Positions 1 to 11,912 of a stretch of 64,000 nt of DNA are shown here, one piece after another. The stretch comes from Moniliella sp. 'wahieum' (lineage: Eukaryota), in contig RSEE01000062.1 of assembly GCA_003971905.1 (NCBI GenBank), positions 248,001 through 312,000 on the forward strand, in the 5' to 3' direction. A program made the translations under genes and the position numbers. Below the pieces are notes generated by a model. It had not been told where the DNA came from, did no database searches, and saw only the letters and a program-made list of their open reading frames with translations. Numbering within the stretch: the first letter of the stretch is position 1; each line of letters begins with the position of its first letter.

Positions 1-670
1 AATGAGGGCGAGGGCAGCGTGGCGGCAGAGCATCACGCCGTGGTTCTTGTCGCTGAGGAGGGTGCGTGTGCGGGGCAGGAAATGGTCAATAAGGTCGGGC
101 ACCTTACGCACCACACGGAGCGCACAGAGCAGCCTTGCGGCGCAGGTAGGCGTTGCTCGAGCCGAGCAGCGTCTCGATCTCGTGGCTGAGGTCGCGCGAC
201 ATTTCTTCGGACGCAATGTCGCCGAAGGTGCAGAGGGCAAGGCCAACGATGTACATGTTGCTGTGGTTGAGGTCATTCTTGAGGCCGTTGGTGAGCAGCG
301 TCAGCACCTCGGTGCTCTCGTCGAGCAGGAGCATGATGCCGAGGTAGCCGAGGCGCTTGTCGGCAAAGCGCGGGGAGGCGACGAGCTTCAGACACTCGAT
401 CTGGCCAAAGTGGGCGGGGTAGCCGAGCATGTAGATGTAGAGGAGCTTGGCGATGTTGTTGTGGCGGGCAAACGAGTCCTCGTCGCGGAAGGCGGCGCGG
501 ATGGCGGCGCTTTCCTTCTGGATGAGGCTGCGCTCGTCGGCGAGCGTCTTGCAGGCGCGGATGGCCTTGATGAGCGCCTTGAGGTTGTAGAGGCCGGCGC
601 TGGCGAGCAGGCCGCCGAGGCGGGGGTCGAGCGCAGCGACCTGCTGCTGCCGCGCAAAGAAGGTCGACAT
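1..670 (-). CDS. APL4: AP-1 adaptor complex gamma subunit (gamma-adaptin), 5' part; runs off the window
   Basis: ATG at 670 ([10 protein letters not shown]). Contains [65 protein letters not shown] and [17 protein letters not shown]. After a 1-bp frameshift near 120 it continues [14 protein letters not shown]...LLSDKNHGV. Confidence 0.95.
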
Positions 671-920
671 GCGGAGCGGTGGGGGCGACGGAGGCGATGG
701 GGATGGTGGGGACGACGGCGGCGATGGCGACGGCGTGGAGGCCACGACGGCGCGGGTGGAGCAGCCCAGCCGCCGCCGCACCGCTGAGCTCACCGGTCGC
801 CCGCCCGGCGCGCTTCCGCCCGGCGCCCATTCCGCCCGCGCGCTTCCGCCTGCTTCCGCCCCTTCCGCCCGGCCCGTCGAGGGTTACGTCGAGCGCCGAG
901 CGCATCCATCCGTCGCCGCC

Positions 921-3792
921 ATGCCCAGCGACGCGCCCACCATGCCCTCCGACGCGCCCGGCGACGACAAGTACGGCTACCGCCCCGCCCGCGGGTGGCC
1001 GCGGCGTGGCGGCCGCGGCGGCCGCTCGGCTGGTCGCGCGACGACCCCGCCGCCCGCGACGCCGCCTGGCTCGCGCGCTTCCGCCGCATCGTCCTCAACC
1101 TCGGCGAGCCCGCCGACTTTCATGCGGCGAGCGAGATGTACGCCATCGCCGCCGAGCTCGTCGATGGCACTGCCGCTGCCTCCTCCAAGGCCACGCCCAC
1201 CATCACCAAGGCCTTCCTCGCCGCCGTCACCGAGCAGCCCCACAAGCATCCGCTCCTCCTCGCCCTCCTCTGCGTGCTTGCCTACACCCCCCCCGCGCCG
1301 CGCCGCCCGCTCGAGAGAGGGCCTGGGTGTGCCCCCGCCGGACCTTGCCCCCGACCAGACCGCTGTGGATTTGAAGGAGGCCATTATCGATGCCATGCTT
1401 CGCGCCTTCCGCTCGTTCTTGGACCAACGCTTCTGGCGCTCGGTCCGTCTCCAGGTTCGCTTCTTTGCCCTTATGGCCGGCGTCGGCCTTTTGGACCGTG
1501 CCTCGCTTCTTTCTTTGCTGGCCGCGTTTGCTGCCGTGCTCGGTGAACCGGCGGTTACCGCTGCACGCGGTGATTGGGCCGCCGAAGTCATTATCGAGGC
1601 GTTACTCTTTGCCGGGCCTTACCTCGCTTTCTCGCGCCCTTCTGGCTTACCCGACGACGCCAACGCCGACGAAACTGAGTCGCACCCCGCCCATGGCAGT
1701 GGCGCTGCAGACTTGGATCCCCTTGTCGACGCCGTGACTGCATATGATCAGGCGCGGCGTGTGTCGCAGGAACTGGTTGTGCCTTTTTCCGAGGACGCGG
1801 ACGTGCCCCATCTAGTGACCGAATCGTTTGGGTCCAAAGTGCATGCGCTCACCACGATGCGCACCCTCCGCTTCCCCCATCTTCCGTTCCTCCCGCATCT
1901 CGCCGCCTCGTTCCGCCCGATACGGCATCTCGGTTGCAACAAGCCGCCACCTCGGCCATTGCCGCTCAGGTACCGAGACGCTTATCCCGCCCGAATCGGA
2001 TGAGTTGCGTTATTGTCGGATCCGTTGGAGGACTTGCAGGTGGAACCGCCGGCTGCGCGTGCTGCAACCGACCCCGCCGCCCGTGCAGAACAGGTGGCCC
2101 GTTCGGGGCGCGGGCCCTACGGGGACAAGATGGTTTTGCTGCGTTGGATGGGCGGTTCAACCCCAAACCCGGGCTCGGTCGCCTCGGTGGTGCTGCGCAG
2201 TGTGGTGGAAGACCTGGTGGACCTGTACGAACCGAATCGACGAGAAGCTGCACGGGTGCTCACTCAGCTCCCACATTGGTTCCCACAGGGCGTCTTTGGT
2301 GGCCGCACCGACCCTGAGCAGGGCTGACCCCACTGCTATACGACGTACCGAGGTGGACGCTGAGGCAGTCTGGGGTGTGCCACGTACATCCGACGTGTCC
2401 CCACTGATCTTGGAGGACTTGTTGGTGGAAAGCTTCCTGTCTATGGCGATGCTCTTGCCGCGTCCGCCCTACCCCGTGCTGTACTATGCCACCCTCTTGC
2501 GTGAGGTGGTGAGTCTGCTCCGGCCACGGTCGCCCCTGCAATTGGTAAGACGCTACGCCGTCTGTACTTGGCCTTCGGCACGGGTGCTGTGGAACCCGAG
2601 TTGCTGCTTCGCACTACGTCTTGGTTCAGTGTGCACTTGAGCAACTTTAACTACGGCTGGGCGTGGGGGGAGTGGGTGGGCGCGATGGACGAGCCGGTAG
2701 GAGAGCCGCGGAGGACGCTCGTCACGGATTTGGTGCAGGAAATGGTACGGCTGGCGTACTACGACCGGATCAAGGCCCTTCTCCCCCCTGCTCTGGCGGC
2801 AGGAGCACTTCCGCCCCACGACCAGCGGGTGTGTTTGACTATGCGCCGCCCGATCAGGGTGGCGATCCCAGCAAGGCTGCCCTGGTCGTCCCGGCAAATC
2901 GGGTGCTGGCTGCGCTGCGTTCCAAGGCGTCATCCGAGGAGGTCCAAGCCATGCTGGCCCGTCTCAGCAGCTCCCTCCTCGCACTGCCCGGGGACGAACT
3001 GGAAGTCGAGCCCGACTTTCTCGCTGCATCGACCGATGAGGTAACAGGAGAGCGCACCCTTCGCCCTCTCGGTGGTGCTACCTCAGCCGATGAGGCGAAC
3101 CGACAAATTGGCGAGCTGGCACTTTCCTGTCTGCTGCTTCTGGGCTCGCGCTCCTTCTCCCACCTGCTGAACGTTGTGGAGCGGTACCATCCACTGCTGC
3201 GCGCACTTAGCGAAACAGAGGAGATGCGTGTTACGCTCCTTGCGGCCGCGCTGCGCTTCTGGCGGGAACACGACGAGTGGGGAACCATTGTGGTGGACAA
3301 GTTGCTGCAGTATAGGATTGTGGAGCCCAACGACGTGCTCACCTATCTATTTGCCGACTCAACTCGCACCTGGTCCCGCCCGCTGTGGGGGCAGCTGGCT
3401 ACACTGGCACTAGAGAAGGCTGCGGTGCGGGTGGCCCAGTTGCGCTCGCGTTCGGGCAACGAAGAGGACGAGCCGCGACGTGTGCAAGCGCTGGAGGCTG
3501 TCGAGCAGGAGCTGCGCCGCGTGTTGGTCTCGGTTGTCCAGGGCCTGGCACAAGGCCTGGACGCAAAGAAGGGAGTGGAGGCCGAGGCCGAAGCGAGGCG
3601 AGGCGGAAGAAAAAAGCGGCGAAGAGAAGGCGGAGGCTGCGGACTGGGAGCAGTACTGGCGCCTGGGCTGGTACAAACAGTTGCTTCGGACCTTCCATCG
3701 AGCTGCAGGCGCACTCTGAGACGGTACAAGCTCGTTGGGTGAAGGCTGGGGAAGCGGCTGCTGCTCCAGGCCTGCTTCCTTGGCACAGAGTA
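921..3792 (+). CDS. STO1: Nuclear cap-binding complex large subunit CBP80/Sto1 (MIF4G-like repeats), frameshifted; 3' end approximate
   Basis: Stitched frames: AVTEQPHK, FWRSVRLQVRFFALM, LVESFLSMAMLLPRPPYPVLYYATLL, WFSVHLSNFNYGWAWGEW, EMVRLAYYDRIK, GSRSFSHLLNVVERY, IVVDKLLQYRIVEP. All are CBP80-type motifs. Confidence 0.9.
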
Positions 3793-3852
3793 GCCCCAGG
3801 CAAAGCAACACAAAAAGTATGAGGGGAATCTAGTGGTATTCGAAAACACATT

Positions 3853-6800
3853 TTACTCAAACGCTACGTGGGAGTCGAGGGCGGTCCTGTTGGTTTGGAT
3901 GGAGAGGCGCAGGTCAGTACACATGCACAGAGCCGCGTTCCCAGAACGCAGGGCAGAGAACACCAAAGATAGCAGGAGGGGAGGCAGAGGAAACGTACAT
4001 CCAGCCTTCCAGTTCCGCGCGCGATGGTGCTTGGAAGAGCCACGAGTTGGCCGGCGTGTAGAGGGTAAACACATTCGACTTGCCCAACAGCACTCCGTGT
4101 GCCGCTCGTGCACCGCCCGTACCGTCGAAAGCCCAACGATCACATCTAGCCCGCCCGGCCCGCCATCGACCACGTGGTGCAGGAACAGGTACGGCCGCCG
4201 CAACACTGCAAATCGCGCCCGCACCGTCTCCTCCGTGGGCGACAGCACCCCCAACGCCCCTGCAAAGTAGCCCGATCCAGGCGGCACCCGCCGACCCACC
4301 GGAGCCATCGGCAAGTCTCCCCCGCCCACCATCGTGACCTGCACCACGCACCGCATCCGGCGCGTGGCGGGTGCGATTGTGGCCGATGAGGCTGCCGATA
4401 CTGACAACGACGACGGGGAAGAGGTGCCGTTTCCATTGGCTGTGGCTGCCGCCGCGGAGAGGGGCGGGGGCTGCAGCGACAGCCGCAGCGAGCCGCTTCC
4501 CAATGCTTTGCTCCGCCCCGCCACGCTCGGGGCAGCACCCCAGTGCAGCTCTGGCACGTCGGGTGGAGGCGTGTCCGGCAACGCGCCCATAGCGCGCTTC
4601 GCAGCTGCCGCGGCACTGCGCACTGCCGTAGCCTCGTGGGTAAACGCGACGGTGGCCCGGCGGCGAGCGACGAGCTGGCCCCAGTAGGCCACCACCTCTT
4701 CCTCCCGTGCCTGCGGGTCTAAGACGGGGGCAACGGGGGGGTGGATATGTGCTGGTCGGGGCTTGAGTGCATCGGTCACCAGCCACGCTCGGACGGCAGC
4801 AACCTCGGCGCGGCGGCGGGCGAGCGCATGAGCATCGTAGTACTCTCTCAGGAGCGATAGCGTCGTGGACGCCACTGTCCTGCCAGCGTCTCTTGTCCGC
4901 GCACATAGGTGTTGGCCGTGTCCACCCGCCAGAGCTCTTGGCGCTTGGTGGTCAACCCTGGCCGGACAACGAGCGAGAGGAGGAAAGTAGACCGACGCTC
5001 CTCGCTTGGCAGAGGCGGCGGCAGGAAGCGGCCGCGTAACTTGGACAGCAACGTCTTGGGGTCGCGCCGTTGAATCTGCACGGGTACATCCAGTTCGAGG
5101 ATCACACCATCCGGCGCACCGTAGCTTGCCATGCCCTCCATCTCGCTCGCTGGCACGTCTAGGCCCACCCGCACACGCAGGAGAGCCCGTGCCTCGCCAC
5201 TCACCGCCGTCAGTAGCGTTGACTCGTGCACGCTCGATCCCACCACGCCCAAGCTTGCAGCTCACTTGTCCCATCCTCCCGGAACGTCAAGCTCTGCTGG
5301 CCGGCGGCACTGGCAGCGATACAAATGCGTCAGATTGGCTTGCTTGTCCGTCTTGCTTTGGCCCGCCTTCGCTTGGAAGAGAAGCCATGTCGGCGCCAGC
5401 CTCGTGGGACGTGGTGACCCGCAACGCATCGTCCACCCGTCGCACGGCCGAGCTGAAGGGACGCAACCCGACCCAACCCAGTTGGCGGCCGCTCTCAGAG
5501 CGCAGGCGAAGTGTAATCTTGCGCTGCAGCCCCTGCCGCAGGAGAAACACATTCCCATCAAGAGAGGGGATGATGGTCTTGCGTGGGACAGCCATGCCCA
5601 CGCTCAACCGGGCGCGGGAGAAAAGAAGCTAGGATCCGTATGGGTAAATGGCCCGGGCACAACAGCCACGGGCTCATATCCCTGCTCCCCGACCTCGCAC
5701 AACTGCACACTCGCCACCACATCGTGGTGCTCCTCCAGCCGCATCTCCGTCTCGGGCTGCCGCGCCGAGGCGGCTGGGTCGGTGTCGGTGCCCGGCAGAG
5801 CGGGCGGGGGGTGAACGCCCACCCGTCCGGCTGGGGCGGAAGCAGCAGTCCGCCCTCCTGAGCAGGAGTGAGCACACGCTCCTCCTCCTCGCGCACACGG
5901 GGCTGCGGAGGCGGGCCAACGCAGTGCGCGACAGGTCGTACGCCTCGACTTGTTCCAGGTATTCAGGGGTGAGTTGGGCGTGCAGCTCAATCTCCAGCGG
6001 ATCTTCTCGCAGATGCGCCAGCACAGCCGGGTGAACGGGGGTGAATGTCTTGCGCAACCGCACTTCTTCCACTTGGCACGTGAGGTGAGCTCGACGGGCG
6101 TGCTTGCCGTGCACGCCGTCACAGTGGGACCGGTATCGGGAAGCCAGACGAGCGGAGCTCGTTGCAACCGCTGGGTTCTGTTCTGTGTTGGCCGCGCTCC
6201 AGGCTGGGCATGGCGGACCTGCAGGTGCACCGCAGCGTAGTGGTCCGTGTTGAACCCAGCCACTGGTCGACCACGAGAGAAAAGCTCAGTCTTGCCTCCT
6301 CTGTCCCCATTCCCGCCCCCGCCCCCGCATCAGCATCCGTACCCGTACTCCCCTTCGTTTCCTCCGTCGTCTCCATCTTTACCTTGCTCGGCAGACGGGG
6401 TGAGAGAAACGAAACGGAGCTGGGCACGGAGGTACCGCTGACCTGTTGCTCGTGCGGGTTGTACACTGGCACTCGCTCAAACGTGGCATGCTTCACTTGC
6501 TTCAAGACGGTCAGCAAGCTGACAAGCGCCCGCCGACATATGTGTACCCCCCCTTGTCCTCGTGGGGCAGAGAGAAAAACTTGAGCACACCCGGGTTGGC
6601 CGCTGTGGCAGCCAAAGCACGCATCTTGCTTACTCGGTCCTGGAGTTTGCTAAGGCTCCAGATGTGCACCTGGGTAGCATGGTAGTCCAACACCTTGACT
6701 CCGACACAGGGTTTGTCGGCCGCTGCCAACGCCGGGTCATCCATCTCCTCCAGGCCGTCCAATCCGGCGATCCGGGCGGATGGGGTACTTGCTCTCGCGC

Positions 6801-9561
6801 GCCGCATCAGGACCAACGACGGTGAACTGGTAAACGGTATGTTCACCAAGCTGGTGCGCTAGTACATTGGCCTGCTTAAGCAGTACGACGTTCTGCAGTA
6901 CCGCCTCGGCCATGCGGAAACCATGAGCAGCACGCCAACGCGCAAGGCACTTGCGCGCGACCGCACGCTCTCGAGGCGTCAAAGGCACGCCCCTGTTGCG
7001 CGGTATCAGTGGCATCTGTGCCTCGTACGCGCGCATCTTGGCCTTGAGCAGGCAGGCTTCGCGAGCCAATCCGATACCGAACCAGTACCGTCTGGCGTGG
7101 GACGCTTGCCCGTACCTCCTCGTCAGGCGTGCTGGTGCTCGCCACTGTGCCCAACCCCAGGCCAGGAACTGCATCCCAAGCATTGCCCCACTCCTCTTCC
7201 TCTGGCAATGGTGGTCGGACCGAGGGGTTGCGGGGCTGGATGTGCCCGACGGCGTGCCGAGCCGCTTGGACAGTGGGCCTTCTGCACATCGTCAAACAGT
7301 TTCTCCAGCTCCTCCTCTTGGAACTTTTCGAAAGAGATGTGTTCGCCTTTCAGTGCCGCCAGGGCTGCCTCCCGCCGCGCTGCCGTCCAGTCCCAGTCAC
7401 GATCGTCTACGTCGTCCGAGCTAGGAATATCACCCATGCAGGGGTACCGGTCCCGTCCGCACCCATCGGCCCCAGGGACGGGGAGCGGGGTCGGGGGAAG
7501 CTTGTGATGGAGCATCGGATGTGGCGGTCGGGGCCATGCCAGGTTGAGTAGTGGCGGACGGTCCAGCTTGGGATGTTCCAGCAGTAGAAGGGTGGATACT
7601 GTGGCGTCCACGCGCCCGTCGCCTCCTCGGGTGGTTGAAGCGAAACACGTGCGTGTCGCCCAAATCACACGGAAGCCCGAGTGAAGTCGACGTTTCTCTC
7701 CCCGGCCAGTTGGCGGCCATTGACCATTGTCAGGCTCGTCCAATGCCTCGATCGTCACCTTACCTGCGACGTTGGTAATGAGGCAGTGCCGGGGCAGATG
7801 CGGTACCGGAGAGACGAATGTGACCCCACTCATGCTCTTCGTTGGCCCAAGCCTGGTTCGGCTCCTCTTCTGCACGGCAGACAACAGTGGTGCCGAGCTT
7901 GATCTGGTAGATAAGGCACTCGGACATGAGTGGGTCCTCGTTGAGGTTGACTAGGTGGGGCAGGAAACGCGGCATGTGAACTCCAATGTTGGCCTTATCA
8001 ATGGTGATACCCATAGCTTCCAGGGCTTGTTCGCGTTCACGATGGATCTCTTCTGTACGTTGGATCTTTTGCTCCCAACTCTCTTGGAGAGACGATACGA
8101 GCTTCTCATTCTCCTCCATCTGCTCCTCCACTCGGCCTTGGTCACTGTCTTGACAACCCCAGAGGCTGTCTGGTAGTGAATGACTTGCTCCGACGGGGGC
8201 AGGACGGATCAAACGTATCGGCAAGCAGACCTGCCCCGTCCGCGCCAGCTGTCCCGCCACCACCACTGCGGCCATAGCGATACCTGCGCCAGCCTGCGCC
8301 CAACTTGACGCCAGGCGCAATGCCGGCGCGTTGGCGGAGCATTTCGAGTTCCTCCTTGAGTTGGCGAATAAGTTTGGCGTTTGGGTCTTCGTTTACCACG
8401 GCCTTGTTCTGGATCTTCTTGGCCTGGTCGGCATAGCGTAATGTACTCACGTCTCATCATAGTCCGCTGGGGAAATGGCGGCGATCATGGCAGTCTTGCT
8501 GTTACCGCCTAGAGAGTCCTTAAGCAGCCACGTCAGGATCGATCGCGTACGGCACGAAACTGTCCAGTCCTCCCTTCTTTTTGGGGCCCTTGGGCGCCTC
8601 GGACTTTTGACAGTGCGGCAATGACCTTTCCCAAAGTTGTGAGAGAACGATTGATGTTGGCGCCCTCCTTAAGTCGGGCACCTGTTGCACCCGTCGAGTT
8701 GGCCCGTTCCGACCCGGCAAGGTCAACGAGACTGTGATCCTGTTAGCCCGAATGCATGGCAATCAAGTGAAGAAAGAAGAGGGCAAAGGGGGCAGAGGGG
8801 GGGAGGGGGGGGAGGGGCACGTACCTGATCCGGCTCACTTTTTCGCTCTCTGTCTTTGAGTCGGGGTCCTTCCGTTTTTGGGTCAGGAGCAGTGTGATTA
8901 CAGCGTGGGAACGGGATGAGGTGGCATTCATGTTGGTGGCAGCAACGGTACGCGCCTTGTTGCCCTCGTCCATGAGGGACTCGATGCCGTCAAAGTCGCT
9001 AACGACGAGCTTGCTCAGTCTTCGACGTAGGGTCCATAGAGAGGGTGCTCGCGGACTTTGAGGTTGGACTTGTTTTTTGGGTTGAGCAGGTCGTGCACCT
9101 TTTCGTTGTAGATCTCAAATAGGACACCTCGACAGAGCACGTCAAGTTAGGGTCGGCGCTGTGGACAGCAATCTGGTCAAACAGATGCTGGCAGGTGAGT
9201 GGGATCAGACCTCGTTCTGCTGCGTAGCCCACCATCGAATGTGACTTGCCCGAGCCGGTCTGGCCATAGGCAAACACGCAGGTGTTGAATCCGGCAAACG
9301 CATGGTCGATCAGCTCCACGCCCATAAAGTCAAACACCTCCTGCTGTTGGGTGTTCTCGCCAAACATGCGGTCGAAGCTGAACGGTGCCGGCTTCTTTTT
9401 GGTCGCACGCGCATTCTCCTTGGTGTCTCCCTCGGTGGGAGGGTGAGGACGAGTTGATGGTCATCGACTACCTCCACCAGGTACGCCGCCCCGCGCGCCT
9501 TCTCCCGGCTGTTCATCGGCCGGCAGCGGACGACGACCTTGAGGTTCCCGGACTCTGACAT
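3853..9561 (-). CDS. Kinesin-3 family motor (Unc104/KIF1A/Kin3 type) with motor, FHA and C-terminal PH domains; introns 8732-8824 and 3887-3998; many frameshifts
   Basis: [21 protein letters not shown]-loop [11 protein letters not shown]; switch [21 protein letters not shown] after splicing; [53 protein letters not shown] (FHA entry); PH-like [10 protein letters not shown]...[16 protein letters not shown]...W. The last intron GTACGT...TACTGAC...AACAG gives the end [11 protein letters not shown]. Confidence 0.95.
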
Positions 9562-10498
9562 CGTGCCGGGCTCCAGGGGGAGAGGGGAGGGGACGGAAGG
9601 GGGATGTGGTGGTGGTAGTGGTGGTGGTGGTGGTGGTGGTGGTCGGGAGACGCAGACCTCGCCCCGCCCCACCCAGGTGGCGCAGGGGCAAGGCCGAGTA
9701 AGAACCTCAAGTACGGCCGGCCCCTCCATTTCACAATTCCGCCCGCGCGCGTGTGGCGCCGGATGGTCACCAACCATCTCTCGTGCTCCCCCATCTACCT
9801 CGCTGCAATCACAATTCCCCCTTCGAGTGCTCCATCCCGCAACCATGAATCATGAATCATTGCCCACCCCTCAATCCATGCCTCCCTCCTCGTCGCCTCG
9901 TTGCCCACCAACTTCCTCGGCCTTATCTGTCTTGGGCAGGGCAAAGAACGTCTGGCAGGGGGCGGGCGAGGCTTGGTCGTCCGGTTGCGCGCTGGAGAGA
10001 GAGCGAAGAGGAGCGTTGCCGGGTCAGCACAAGATAGTAGTACAACACGTTCCTCTTCCGTCCTCTCCAACGCAGTCGGGTCGTAGTGCTGCTCCCCTGC
10101 GTCCAGCCCTCATCGCGGACTAGTAATAGAGACCCACGGCTCCAAGCCCAGCGGAGGCGGGACCGTCCAGCGGGGGGCCGACGAAGATGGGCCAGGAGGG
10201 GGCTGTGTGGAACGGCGTCTACAGGGCGGAAGGGGGATGTGGATGCGGCAAGCGCCCTTTTCTGCGCCCATGCCAGGGACACCAACGGAGATGGCGATGG
10301 GGGGGGCGAGCAGTCAACCATCCTTCCAGTGGATGGGAATGCGAATGCGGTGGGAAGCCAAATGGGAAGGGACGCTCGGGACGCCGATTGCATTACATAA
10401 CCCAGTCTGCGGGGCCACATTGATCCGATCTGTGCGCCGTGGGACGCAAGAAGAACCTCCCAGGAGCCCAGCCCTCACTACCACCACCACCACCACCC

Positions 10499-11611
10499 AT
10501 GGCCAGCACCACCACCTCCGCCGCCCCCGCCCTCCCTCCGCTCAAGCACGATCTGCTTCTGCGTGCTGCGCGGGGAGCCTACGGAGCGTGCGCCCGTATG
10601 GGTGATGCGGCAAGCTGGCCGCTACCTTCCCGAATTCCGTGCGCTCCGCGTGGAGAATGACTTTTTCCACTGCTGCCGCACGCCGGAGCTAGCGAGCGAG
10701 TTGACGCTCCAGCCCATCCGGCGGTTCCAAGGTCTTCTCGATGCTGCCATCATCTTCTCGGACATTCTTGTTATTCCGCAAGCCATGGGGCTCGAAGTGG
10801 AGATGGTACCGGGCAAGGGACCTTCTTTCCCAGCGCCGCTCGTTGACCCTACCCATCTCAAGCGCCTTGTGCGCGATGTGGATGTGCGGGCCACGCTTGG
10901 GTACGTGTGGATGCGATCACGCTCACGCGCACCAAACTTGATGGCGCGGTGCCACTACTGGGCTTCTGGGTGCCATGGACGTTGATGGCCTACATGGTGC
11001 AAGGTGGTGGTTCGAAGGACTATGAGAAGGCCAAAGTGTGGCTTTGGGACTCGCCCGCGAGGCGGAAGAGCTCTTGTCGCGCATCACGACGGTTGCCATT
11101 GACTTTTTGGTGGCACAGGTGCGAGCGGGCGCGCAAGCTGTCCAGGTATTTGATTCTTGGGCGGGCGTCTTGAGTCCGACCGACTTTGCTCGTTGGAGTT
11201 TGCCCTACCTCACCCGGATTGCGCATGAGGTCAAGGCGCAGTTGGGGTCGGAGGCGGTACCTATGATTTTGTTTGCCAAGGGTGTTGGGGGCCATGCGCT
11301 TCCTGCGCTCGATGCGACCGATACGATGTGTTGGCGCTGGATTGGACCGTCACCCCCGCCACGGCACGCAAGCTTACCTCCAAAACCCTCCAGGGCAATA
11401 TGGATCCCAGTCTGTTGTACGCAGGCAAGGATGCGATCACCAAGGGCGTCCAAGCCATGATCGCCCGATCTCGGCGGCGCCGGCCCCGGCAAACATATTG
11501 CCAACTTGGGCCATGGCATCACCCGGTGTCGACCCCGAGCACCTCCGTCACTTTTTGCAGTGCGTGCACGACGTCAGTCGCGAAGTCTATCCCTCCCTGC
11601 CCCAGGCTTGA
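10499..11611 (+). CDS. HEM12: Uroporphyrinogen decarboxylase (frameshifted)
   Basis: [86 protein letters not shown]. Confidence 0.97.
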
Positions 11612-11802
11612 GCTACAGCGACGCTCATCTCCTGGCCAAATCCTTTTTTTCTGTACCTTCATCTGTCTACTGCTAGGAAATGGAAACGGCGAGATAGCCG
11701 ATGATATGCCTTGCAGAGCTCCATGGCTACTTATAGCCTACAGAGAAAGACACCTGCCAAGAAGGACACAGTACGCCTGCAGCAGCCCGTTAGCCACCTT
11801 TT

Positions 11803-11858
11803 GCCTTCTTGCCTTCTTGCCTTCTTGCCTTCTTGCCTTCTTGCCTTCTTGCCTTCTT
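11803..11858. repeat. Perfect octamer tandem repeat (GCCTTCTT)x7
   Basis: Read directly; lies between the convergent 3' ends of HEM12 and the glycogenin-like gene. Confidence 0.95.
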
Positions 11859-11912
11859 GCCCTCGTACCCGTTGCGCCAAGGCAACCACGAAGCGAATCA
11901 AAGTGATTGAGG

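Noticed and set aside
921..11611. Programmed frameshifting or pseudogenisation of CBP80, kinesin-3 and HEM12
   Set aside because: Breaks are frequent, scattered, lack consistent slippery sites and affect essential genes; sequencing error is far simpler.
11803..11858. Repeat arrays as CRISPR or telomeric repeats
   Set aside because: No spacers, no cas genes, eukaryotic context; units are not TTAGGG-like and are internal.
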